From assembly GCA_041640575.1 (NCBI GenBank), contig JBEPZZ010000021.1, positions 1 to 25,938 on the forward strand: 25,938 bases of DNA, read 5' to 3'. A program made the translations under genes and the position numbers. This document shows, in pieces, positions 17,704-25,938 of this stretch (within the stretch, counting starts at the first letter, position 1; each line of letters begins with the position of its first letter). The stretch comes from Pseudothermotoga sp. Its GTDB lineage: Bacteria > Thermotogota > Thermotogae > Thermotogales > DSM-5069. The notes under the pieces are model-generated. The model did not search any database. It saw only the letters and a program-made list of their open reading frames with translations, and was not told where the DNA came from.

Positions 17704-18855
17704 GTGGTTAAATTCATAGGTAAACGAGTTGTGCAAATAGTCATACTACTGTTTATCTATATAACATTAGTTTACTGGTTAATTGAGGCTATGCCTGGAA
17801 GCTTTATGGACAAGTATTTGATGAACCCAAAATTGACGCCTGAGATAAGAGAAAATCTGCGTCGTCAGTTTGGATTTGATAAACCACCTTTTGAAAGATA
17901 CTTGATCTACGTAAGGAACTTTTTGAGACTCGATTTGGGTATATCCTTCTCCTATTTTCCAAGAAAGGTTACATCAATCATAGCTGAAAGGCTTCCAAGA
18001 ACGGTATTTCTATTCGTAACAGCAACTTTGGTATCTTACAGTCTTGGTTATTATCTTGGCAAGAGAACGGCTTGGAAACGTGGAAAAATTGCTGATAAAG
18101 CTGCCACCTTTATTGGAATAATTTTCTGGACAATCTTTTTGCCGTTGCTTGCAATTTTCAACATATGGTTGTTCGGCGTAATACTAGGTATATTACCACT
18201 GAATCAATTTATAAACCCGAACTTGTGGAGAGCTGCTCCCGTCTCTGCCCAAACTGTTTTCATTAGACTTTTGCTCAACGCTTTTATCTTCCTTGTAGTT
18301 TTCTTAATTATGATGATTATTGCTCAGCGACTCAAAACAATAACCGCCAAAAAAGTGACAATCTACAGTACAGTTGCAATTTTCTTATTTGTTTCGATTT
18401 TGGTATGGATTTTCTCAGGCCTTGGAAAATATGTTTTTGACATAATAAATCATATGATTCTTCCTGTGTTAACTCTCACAATGTATTCTTTTGCAGGTAG
18501 TATGCTTGTAATGCGTGATACAATGCTTGATGTTATCAGAGAAGATTACATCACAACGGCCAAAGCAAAAGGATTACCCGACAAAGTTGTTAGGGATAGA
18601 CACGCAGCTAGAAATGCGCTTTTACCACTTGTCACAAATTTCGTGATAAGTCTTGGTTTCACAATTGGTGGAGGTATCATAACTGAAACCATGTTCTCTT
18701 GGCCAGGACTTGGGAGAACCTATCTTGAGGCTTTAAATCAACAAGATACACCCTTGTTGATAGGTTTGCTTGTTTTCACCGGAATATTTGTCCTGATCGC
18801 TCATTTAGTAGCTGACATTCTGTATGCTTTCCTAGATCCAAGGATCAGGTATTAA
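17704..18855 (+). CDS. oppB: ABC permease, OppB/DppB family
   Basis: FGFDKP...DLGIS, ERLPRT, EAA-type loop EDYITTAKAKGL...RHAARNA, ETMFSWPGLG, LDPRIR. Confidence 0.92.
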   Translation: MVKFIGKRVVQIVILLFIYITLVYWLIEAMPGSFMDKYLMNPKLTPEIRENLRRQFGFDKPPFERYLIYVRNFLRLDLGISFSYFPRKVTSIIAERLPRTVFLFVTATLVSYSLGYYLGKRTAWKRGKIADKAATFIGIIFWTIFLPLLAIFNIWLFGVILGILPLNQFINPNLWRAAPVSAQTVFIRLLLNAFIFLVVFLIMMIIAQRLKTITAKKVTIYSTVAIFLFVSILVWIFSGLGKYVFDIINHMILPVLTLTMYSFAGSMLVMRDTMLDVIREDYITTAKAKGLPDKVVRDRHAARNALLPLVTNFVISLGFTIGGGIITETMFSWPGLGRTYLEALNQQDTPLLIGLLVFTGIFVLIAHLVADILYAFLDPRIRY

Positions 18856-18868
18856 AGGAGTGATTTAA

Positions 18869-19849
18869 ATGGTAGAAGTCGCAATAAAAGAGCCACTATG
18901 GAAAATAAGGTTTAAACTGTGGGCTAGATCCTTCAAAGTAGGTTGGGAAATTTTCAAAGAGAAAAAATTGGCTCTTTTTGGGCTTGGTGTAATTATCTTC
19001 TTTGCAATTTTTGGCTTTTTGTACCCCTTTTATCCAATGATGATGAAAAACCTATTCTGGAAAAACGATCCTTATGGTTTCGAAGCTTTCGCACCATATG
19101 ATCCAGTGATTGGCTTTGATCCAAACATTTATAACCATCCATCTCCACCTTCTTTGAGGCATCCTCTAGGAACAGACCCACTTGGAAGAGACATACTTTC
19201 AATGATTATGTACAGCACTCCAAGAGAATTTGTTCTCGGTATAACGGCTGCGCTTATAACTGTATTGATAGGTACGTTTATAGGTGCAAGTTGTGCATAT
19301 TACGGTGGAGTTATAGACGTGTTTTTTATGCGACTTGCTGACATAGTGATGCTCTTCCCAAGCCTCGCACTTTTGATGGTTCTCAGTGCTTTTATGGAGC
19401 TGACACTTTTCAGACTAGCAGTCATACTTGGAACTCTCTCGGGCTTTGGTTCAATAACATTGGTCTTAAAGGCGCAAGCCTTGACTGTAAAAGTTAGGCC
19501 ATTTATAGAAGCTGCAAAATCAGCTGGTGCAAGTGACGCTTACATAATTTTCAAACACATCATTCCTAACATAATGCCTCTTTCATTCCTTTACATGATG
19601 TTCAACGTTACAGGTGCAATTTTCACCGAAGCTGTTCTTTCCTTCCTTGGACTTGCAAACATACGAATGAGCTGGGGTGTCATAATTCAGATGGCTGAAT
19701 CCTCAGGCTATTTGATGGGAGCAAGCATAGGTACATATTGGTGGCTCTGGGCACCAGCTGGAATCTGTATAACACTGCTGTGCTCGGCTTTCTATTTCCT
19801 CGGTAGAGGGCTCGAAGAAATCGTCAACCCAAGGTTGAGAAAGAGGTGA
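18869..19849 (+). CDS. oppC: ABC permease, OppC/DppC family
   Basis: HPLGTDPLGRD, FIEAAKSAGAS...HIIPN, EAVLSFLGL, NPRLR. Confidence 0.92.
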   Translation: MVEVAIKEPLWKIRFKLWARSFKVGWEIFKEKKLALFGLGVIIFFAIFGFLYPFYPMMMKNLFWKNDPYGFEAFAPYDPVIGFDPNIYNHPSPPSLRHPLGTDPLGRDILSMIMYSTPREFVLGITAALITVLIGTFIGASCAYYGGVIDVFFMRLADIVMLFPSLALLMVLSAFMELTLFRLAVILGTLSGFGSITLVLKAQALTVKVRPFIEAAKSAGASDAYIIFKHIIPNIMPLSFLYMMFNVTGAIFTEAVLSFLGLANIRMSWGVIIQMAESSGYLMGASIGTYWWLWAPAGICITLLCSAFYFLGRGLEEIVNPRLRKR

Positions 19850-20853
19850 GAAAGTTGCTTTTGTCAGTGAGAAATTTGAGGATGCATTATAGAACAAAAA
19901 TGGGCTATGTAAAAGCGGTTGATGGGATAAATTTTGACCTTGATTCCGGTGAAAGCCTCGGTATTGTTGGTGAATCGGGTTGTGGAAAGACTTCCATATC
20001 AATGACAATACTTAGATTACTGCCTGACAACGCTGAATTTAAAGAAGGGCAGGTACTGTTTGATTCAGGAAATGGTGCGGTGGATTTGGTTAGTTTGAGC
20101 GAAGAAGAGATGAGAAAATACAGATGGCGTGGAATATCTATGATCTTTCAAGCTGCTATGAATTCACTTAATCCAGTTTACAAGGTTGGAGATCAAATAA
20201 TAGAGGCAATCCAAAACCATTATCCCGATGTCCCTGTAGACAAAGCACGAAAAAAGGTAGCTGAACTTTTCGAACTTGTCGGACTTGATCCTTCACGAAT
20301 GGATCAATATCCACATCAATATAGTGGAGGAATGAAGCAGAGGGCAGTAATTGCCATGGCATTGGCGTGTGATCCAAAAGTTATCATTGCGGACGAACCA
20401 ACCACGGCTTTGGATGTCATTGTTCAAGACAGAATTCTTAAAGAAATAAGAAAAATTCAGCAGAAATTGAACATGGCTATGATTTACATTTCCCATGACA
20501 TAGCCGTTATTGCCGAGGTAAGTGACAAAATAGCTGTCATGTACGCTGGAAAATTTGTTGAACTGGCTGATTCAGTAACGATATTCAAATGTCCTATGCA
20601 TCCCTACACCTACGGGCTGATGCACGCATTTCCGAGCACAGTTGGTGAAAAGACAGAACTTACCACGATACCAGGTGAACCACCAAACCTTCTGAATCCT
20701 CCTAAAGGTTGCAGATTTTCTCCAAGATGTCCAAAAGCCGATGATTTGTGTAGAAATGTCGAACCAGAATATAGGGAAATAGAGAAAAAACATTTTGTGG
20801 CATGCCATCATCCTGTTCAGCCTGGAGAGGTGGTGCTATTCTATGAGAAATGA
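19846..20853 (+). CDS. oppD: ABC ATP-binding protein, OppD/DppD family
   Basis: GESGCGKT, YSGGMKQR, IIADEPTT, HPYT, C-terminal CRFSPRC...C...ACH. Confidence 0.93.
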   Translation: MRKLLLSVRNLRMHYRTKMGYVKAVDGINFDLDSGESLGIVGESGCGKTSISMTILRLLPDNAEFKEGQVLFDSGNGAVDLVSLSEEEMRKYRWRGISMIFQAAMNSLNPVYKVGDQIIEAIQNHYPDVPVDKARKKVAELFELVGLDPSRMDQYPHQYSGGMKQRAVIAMALACDPKVIIADEPTTALDVIVQDRILKEIRKIQQKLNMAMIYISHDIAVIAEVSDKIAVMYAGKFVELADSVTIFKCPMHPYTYGLMHAFPSTVGEKTELTTIPGEPPNLLNPPKGCRFSPRCPKADDLCRNVEPEYREIEKKHFVACHHPVQPGEVVLFYEK

Positions 20854-22012
20854 TCTAGTCTTGAAGATAGATCGACTTAGAAAGTTATTTCCTGCGGAAA
20901 GAAAGTTATTCAGATCGACAAAGCTGTTTGTTCACGCTGTTGATGACATAACATTAGAGGTTGCAAAAGGTGAATCTCTTGCACTAGTCGGGGAATCAGG
21001 CTGCGGAAAGACAACAACTGGAAAGATTCTTGTGGGATTGGAACAACCAACTAGCGGCAGAATTGTCTTTGAGCAAGAGGACATTACACCATTGCTTTTC
21101 GAACATGATGGCAAAGCAAGAGAGTACGTGGACAAAACTTATGTTGAAAGATTTTTGAATATGCAGCAAAGAGATATTGAAAAACTTGATGGAATAGACA
21201 GAATATACGCAGAAAGATTCTTTGCGCTTGGAAAGAACAGGGAAAAGTTTTTGCAAGAATTCTTGGAGAACAGAAAAGAGAGAATGCGCCAGCTCAGAAG
21301 AAAAGTACAAATGATTTTCCAAGACCCGTATGAATCTCTCAACCCAAGGATGACAATTTTCGATATCGTTTCAGAACCTTTGAACATCCATGGCATAGGA
21401 AGCTTGAAAGAGCGAGAAGACAGAGTAGCTCAAATGCTTACAGATGTTGGCTTGACTCCACCTGAGACTTTTATGTTCAGGTTTCCTCACGAACTTTCTG
21501 GTGGTCAAAGACAAAGAGTCGCAATTGCAAGAGCTTTGATCCTAAATCCATCATTTGTTGTTGCTGATGAACCAACATCGATGTTGGATGTTTCTATAAG
21601 AACAGGTGTAATGAAGCTAATGATGAATCTGGCTCAGGAACACAACATAAGTTATCTGTACATTACCCACGACCTTGCTGTAGCAAGATATATGAGTAAC
21701 AACATGGCGGTTATGTATCTTGGTAAAATTGTGGAGACGGGTCCAACAGAGGAAATATTGCTTAACCCACTTCATCCTTACACAAAGGCATTATTAGCAG
21801 CTGTCCCAGTTCCAGATCCAGAGATCAAAAGAGGCGAGCCAAACATAAAAGGAAGTGTTCCAAAACCTATAAATCCACCAAACCGCTGCAGGTTTTTCGA
21901 AAGATGTCCGTACGCAGTGGAATTTTGCAGCAAAAATGACCATCCACCACTTGCTGAAGTATCACCAGGTCACAAAGTGGCTTGCTACGTAGCCAGTGGT
22001 GAAGCAAAGTGA
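20843..22012 (+). CDS. oppF: ABC ATP-binding protein, OppF/DppF family, with internal insertion
   Basis: ATG 20843 after a GGAGAGGTGG SD-like run; GESGCGKTT, LSGGQRQR, VADEPTS, HPYT, CRFFERC...C...ACY. Confidence 0.92.
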   Translation: MRNDLVLKIDRLRKLFPAERKLFRSTKLFVHAVDDITLEVAKGESLALVGESGCGKTTTGKILVGLEQPTSGRIVFEQEDITPLLFEHDGKAREYVDKTYVERFLNMQQRDIEKLDGIDRIYAERFFALGKNREKFLQEFLENRKERMRQLRRKVQMIFQDPYESLNPRMTIFDIVSEPLNIHGIGSLKEREDRVAQMLTDVGLTPPETFMFRFPHELSGGQRQRVAIARALILNPSFVVADEPTSMLDVSIRTGVMKLMMNLAQEHNISYLYITHDLAVARYMSNNMAVMYLGKIVETGPTEEILLNPLHPYTKALLAAVPVPDPEIKRGEPNIKGSVPKPINPPNRCRFFERCPYAVEFCSKNDHPPLAEVSPGHKVACYVASGEAK

Positions 22013-22413
22013 AAAAACTGATCCTCTGGTTGACAATCTCCCTGATGGCGGTGAACTACGCCGTCGGGGTTTTTGTTTATAGAGGATATGTGAGAGCTCT
22101 GAAAGAATCTTCGGTAATTTGTGTTTTGAATAAAACTGAACACCATCTTTCAGGTTCAATCACTGTTGAATCCCGTTGGCCACTCGAATTAGTACCAATT
22201 GACTATCAGGTATATTTTTATGACAAGGACGGAAAGTTGGTTCAGACTTTCGCTGATTCCTTCAGAAATTCTTCAACAGCAAGATTTGATGCAGAATCAT
22301 CGATTGATTTATCAAGCGAAAATGTTAAGATCATAGGTATTTCAAACGTCAGAGTTAAGTGGTTATGGATCAACGAAATAGTACCATTGCCAATAGAGGT
22401 GAAACTACCTTGA
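22009..22413 (+). CDS. Hypothetical membrane-anchored protein
   Basis: GTGA overlap with the oppF stop; N-terminal TM helix then a beta-rich domain. Confidence 0.7.
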   Translation: MKKLILWLTISLMAVNYAVGVFVYRGYVRALKESSVICVLNKTEHHLSGSITVESRWPLELVPIDYQVYFYDKDGKLVQTFADSFRNSSTARFDAESSIDLSSENVKIIGISNVRVKWLWINEIVPLPIEVKLP

Positions 22414-22769
22414 AGAAAGCTTTGGGATTTTACTTTTTAATGTCCTTCGTATATCATTCAGTAATTTTCGAGCTTTTGATGAATCGTTTTTCACCGTTTC
22501 CTTCTTTTATAGTATGGATACTGACAATTACTTTGAGCTGGTACGTGGGCAATGGATTTTCAAGTTTTTCAAGAGCCCTATACTTGATTACATTGTCCTT
22601 TCTAACCGGCGGCATAATCAGCTATTTCGTTATGACTTTCTACCTGCGTGAATCAATCAAAGCAGCAATCCAGATCATTACACTCAAAATGACAGTTGTA
22701 TCGCTTTTGACAATCTTTGCGTTGAGTTCCTTAGTTGCCCTTCTTGGATACATGTTCAGAGAGGAATAA
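22410..22769 (+). CDS. Hypothetical integral membrane protein (about 4 TM helices)
   Basis: TTG 22410 overlaps the previous stop (TTGA) with a GAGGTG SD; four hydrophobic segments. Confidence 0.7.
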   Translation: MKKALGFYFLMSFVYHSVIFELLMNRFSPFPSFIVWILTITLSWYVGNGFSSFSRALYLITLSFLTGGIISYFVMTFYLRESIKAAIQIITLKMTVVSLLTIFALSSLVALLGYMFREE

Positions 22770-23318
22770 AATTGTGAGTCCAACTAAATTGTTGAGGACA
22801 TGACAAAGCGTGGAACAGAACAAACTATTTGTTCTCAGAACCGATAGTGAAAAAATATAGCCAACAATAAGTCTGTATGCTAGATTGTAAAGAGAAAAAC
22901 CCTCGAATTTTGAAAAAACATTCAATAAGTGAACTAAAGCAAATGTTGCCGCGTTCATTATAGAATTGGGATAGATGTGGAGTAGAACTCCTCGAAATAA
23001 AATTTCCTCTGAAATTGGTAGAAGTATTCCAACGCTTAAAAATAGTTGAAATCCAAATCCTTGTGGAATCTTGGTTTGCGAGGCCTTCAAAAGTGATCCA
23101 AAAACCAAAGTTACCGAAAAAACAAGTATAAACCACCAAAATCCCACAAACTGTATTTGAAAATTATAGTTAACCCCGAATATAAGAAACAATAAAACAG
23201 AATAACAAAGTTGAGCTATTCCTGCCAGAAGAAACAAGTTACTAAACCGAGATTTAGTAACTACTTTTTGAACACCTATGAACCCAATCAATGAAAATAA
23301 GTAAAAGATAAATTTCAA
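22731..23318 (-). CDS. CPBP family intramembrane glutamic endopeptidase (CAAX/Abi)
   Basis: SEEILFRG, FALVH, HVLNN motifs; TTG 23318 with a GGAGG SD, overlapping the radical SAM stop. Confidence 0.85.
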   Translation of the reverse strand: MKFIFYLFSLIGFIGVQKVVTKSRFSNLFLLAGIAQLCYSVLLFLIFGVNYNFQIQFVGFWWFILVFSVTLVFGSLLKASQTKIPQGFGFQLFLSVGILLPISEEILFRGVLLHIYPNSIMNAATFALVHLLNVFSKFEGFSLYNLAYRLIVGYIFSLSVLRTNSLFCSTLCHVLNNLVGLTILFLSEHVSKKGN

Positions 23319-25099
23319 TTCACTGCCTCCAGGATATTCCTCAAGCTTCCATTGCAAACACCACAGCCAAAACAAACATCCCAACGACAGTCTGCAGTAG
23401 TTTCTCCTTTCAGTGCTTTTAGATATTCAGAGACGAGAAATTCTTTGTTCACAACTTGAATATGGTCCCATGGGAAACTTGCGTTAATATCCCTCTCAGA
23501 CATGTAAGCTTCAACATCGATACCAGCCTGTTCAATAGCCTTATACCAAAGTTCGTAACTGAACATTCCTTCCCAGTTATCAAAGATGGCACCATTTTCA
23601 AAGGCATTTAGAACAACGTTGAATATATTTCTATCGCCCCTAGATAATAATCCTTCCACCAAGCTCATCTTTGGATTATGTATATTAAGTGAAGCAAAAC
23701 GCTTCAATTTGTAAAGAATTCCCATAACATGCTGAATATATTCTAAACTCTTTTGTTCAGCAAACTGAAAAGGGGTATGAGGCTTCGGAACAAATGGTGC
23801 TATAGATACGTTTATTTTGGAGAACCCCATTTTTCTGGCCAGAATGACCATGTTAACAATTCCTTCTATATCTTCGTCTGTTTCGGTTGGTAAACCTATC
23901 ATGAAATAAAGTTTGACTCTGTTCCAGCCTGCTTCTCTGGCAACGCGTAAAGCGTTTATGTAATCTTCTTCCGAAACGTTCTTGTTTATAACATTTCTCA
24001 ACCTTTGTGTACCGGCCTCAGGGGCAAAGGTTAAACCAGTTCTACGGGTTGTTGTGATCAATCTTGCAATTTCTACACCGAAAGCGTCTAATCGAGTTGA
24101 TGGGATAGAGATGGAGATATTCTTTTTCTGAAGATACTCGTTCAGAGACAAAAGAATATCTTCTATCCTCGAATGATCAGCCGTGGAAAGAGAAAGAAGA
24201 GCAAGTTCTTCATAACCAGTGCACGACAAACTCTTTGAAACTTCATTCATAAGATTCACCTTGAATTTTTCTCGAACTGGTCTGTAAAACAAACCAGCTT
24301 GACAGAATCTGCAGCCACGATTACAACCTCTCATTATTTCAACAACCACTCTGTCATGAATAACTTGGCAATGCGGCAAGATTCGAAATTCATCCAAAGG
24401 ATAATTGTTCAAATCTAGGACACTTCTCTTAACAATTTTATTTGCAACCCAGTTGTATCTTGGCTTAGGAGGAATTGCAACAGAATAAAACAAGGGGACG
24501 TAAACTCCTTCTATTTTTGAAAGTTCCTTCAGTTTTTCGTACCTATTTGCATTCTTCATTTCAACCATGAGTAATGCTATTTCTTTGACTACCTCTTCAC
24601 CTTCTCCAATTACCATGGCATCAAAAACTTCAGCCATTACTTCTGGATTGAGGGTGCAGGGACCTCCTGCAATAACGATGGGGTCAGAATCTGTCCTTTC
24701 AGTTGACCTTAAAGGAATCTGTGATAAGCTCAATAGATGTAAAACGTTTGTGTATGAAAGTTCATATTGGAGCGATATTCCAACAAGATCCATTTTTTTC
24801 AGTGGCGTTTTCGATTCCAAAGTGAAAATAGGTATATTCTTCTGTTTCATCAGTTCGCACATGTCGGTCCATGGGAGAAAAACTCTTTCACACCAGACTT
24901 CTTCAATACTGTTAAGTATCCTATAAAGTATCAATAGTCCCAAGTTGGACATACCGACCTCGTAAAGATCTGGAAAAACTAACGCGACCCTAAGCTTAAC
25001 TTTTTTTGGATCCTTAACGACCTGATTGTATTCGCCACCTACATATCTTGAAGGTTTTTCGACTTTATGGAGATCTTTATTCAGAAACTCGAGAATCAT
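23315..25099 (-). CDS. TIGR03960-family B12-binding radical SAM protein
   Basis: VEKPSRYVGGE, FPDLYEVGMSNLG, CxxxCxxC (CNRGCRFC), TFAPEAGTQRLR, YFMIGLPTET, PKPHTPFQ, C-terminal CRWDVCFGCGVC. Confidence 0.9.
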   Translation of the reverse strand: MILEFLNKDLHKVEKPSRYVGGEYNQVVKDPKKVKLRVALVFPDLYEVGMSNLGLLILYRILNSIEEVWCERVFLPWTDMCELMKQKNIPIFTLESKTPLKKMDLVGISLQYELSYTNVLHLLSLSQIPLRSTERTDSDPIVIAGGPCTLNPEVMAEVFDAMVIGEGEEVVKEIALLMVEMKNANRYEKLKELSKIEGVYVPLFYSVAIPPKPRYNWVANKIVKRSVLDLNNYPLDEFRILPHCQVIHDRVVVEIMRGCNRGCRFCQAGLFYRPVREKFKVNLMNEVSKSLSCTGYEELALLSLSTADHSRIEDILLSLNEYLQKKNISISIPSTRLDAFGVEIARLITTTRRTGLTFAPEAGTQRLRNVINKNVSEEDYINALRVAREAGWNRVKLYFMIGLPTETDEDIEGIVNMVILARKMGFSKINVSIAPFVPKPHTPFQFAEQKSLEYIQHVMGILYKLKRFASLNIHNPKMSLVEGLLSRGDRNIFNVVLNAFENGAIFDNWEGMFSYELWYKAIEQAGIDVEAYMSERDINASFPWDHIQVVNKEFLVSEYLKALKGETTADCRWDVCFGCGVCNGSLRNILEAVN

Positions 25100-25938
25100 T
25101 TTTGCTCACTCCAGTATTGGAAAATTCTTCGTGCAATTGGTGCAGCAACTTCACCACCGCTTCCTGAGCTTTCAATCAATACCAAGACTAAAATTTCTGG
25201 GGTGTTTGCAGGAGCAAAGCCGATAAACCATGAGTGCGGAAGTTCACCTTTTTTACCCGTCTCAGCTGTACCAGTCTTTCCTGCCACATCAAGTTTTAAT
25301 CCACGAAAAGCTTGATATGCTGTTCCCTCATCCTTAGCTGTTCCACCATTTACAGATTGAGTAACTTCCCGCATCGCACTGACAATGAATTCATGAGTTG
25401 ACTTCTTAATAGGCACTCTGTATAAGATCCTGTTCTCAGGATCATACACCTTTCTACCACGAAAATCCAAAACAGAATGGATCACATGTGGCTGATAGCT
25501 TGTACCGCCATTTGCTATTGCGTTATAAAAAGTAAGCATCTCAATTGGTGTGGTCAAAATGAAGCTCTGCCCAATACCGCACAAAATTGTTTCACCAGGA
25601 AACCAAGGCTCTTTGAACTTTTCGTATTTCCAATTTGGATCTGGAAATTGTCCCTTTTTTTCACCTGGAAGATCAATTTGTGTTCGATCGTCAATTTTGA
25701 AAAGCTGAGCAAATTGCTTCATCTTTTCAATGCCTAACTTTAGCGCTAAGTTGTAAAAATATACGTTGCACGAGACCTTTATAGCTTTTTTAAGGTCCGT
25801 TTCACCATGTCCAGACATACCAGTCTCTGTAGATACCCAAAACCTTACCTCCAGAACCAACATATTCAAAATGACCATGGCAGTTTATTGACAAATCCGA
25901 AGTTGTACCCTCCTCTTCAAGGTAAGCTATTACATAAA
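25096..25938 (-). pseudogene. mrdA: 3' part of class B penicillin-binding protein 2, frameshifted at about 25816 as sequenced; runs off the right edge
   Basis: Downstream frame has GHG, SxN (SCN), GIGQ, KTGTAE, HSWFIGFAP. A different frame open from 25936 gives YVIAYLEE...GIYRDW and stops at TGA 25804-25802. PBP identity is secure; pseudogene versus sequencing error is unresolved. Confidence 0.75.

Noticed and set aside
22731..23318. CPBP/Abi gene as a phage-defence or bacteriocin-immunity system
   Set aside because: The Abi label is historical, and no bacteriocin precursor or defence genes are nearby.
25816..25878. ORF-track start of a 260-aa protein at ATG 25878
   Set aside because: The first 21 residues are not PBP-like, whereas an alternative frame gives the YRDW motif; the start is a by-product of the frameshift.
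1..25938. CRISPR arrays, tRNA/rRNA genes, IS elements, prophage
   Set aside because: The window is almost fully coding, with no spaced repeats, transposase or integrase motifs, or RNA gene patterns seen by eye.

Overview
AT-rich bacterial chromosome segment. The gene content (xseA-xseB-dxs-asp23-DAK2 block, TM1367-like cyclophilin-fold gene, membrane pyrophosphatase, non-lipoprotein OppA, many TTG/GTG starts) suggests Thermotogota; this is inference. Order: two minus-strand conserved hypothetical genes; a winged-helix/Rossmann-fold regulator leading a DegT-family aminotransferase and a nucleotide-sugar dehydrogenase; a membrane-bound pyrophosphatase; a short MutS-family ATPase heading xseA-xseB-dxs-asp23-fakA; a convergent tdh-kbl operon; a divergent Opp/Dpp ABC transporter plus two small membrane proteins; and, on the minus strand, a CPBP protease, a TIGR03960-type radical SAM gene and the 3' part of a class B PBP. 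I saw no rRNA, tRNA, CRISPR array or mobile element. Most notable: (1) the pyrophosphatase has an intact catalytic site and the K+-independent signature but an altered ion gate; (2) the PBP2 gene has an apparent 2-nt frameshift at about 25816 that the ORF track hides; (3) the regulator has a perfect 7-1-7 palindrome at its promoter; (4) the MutS-like ATPase lacks mismatch-binding and Smr domains and overlaps xseA; (5) the tdh/oppA intergenic region carries tandem repeats. All family assignments come from recalled motifs, not database searches.
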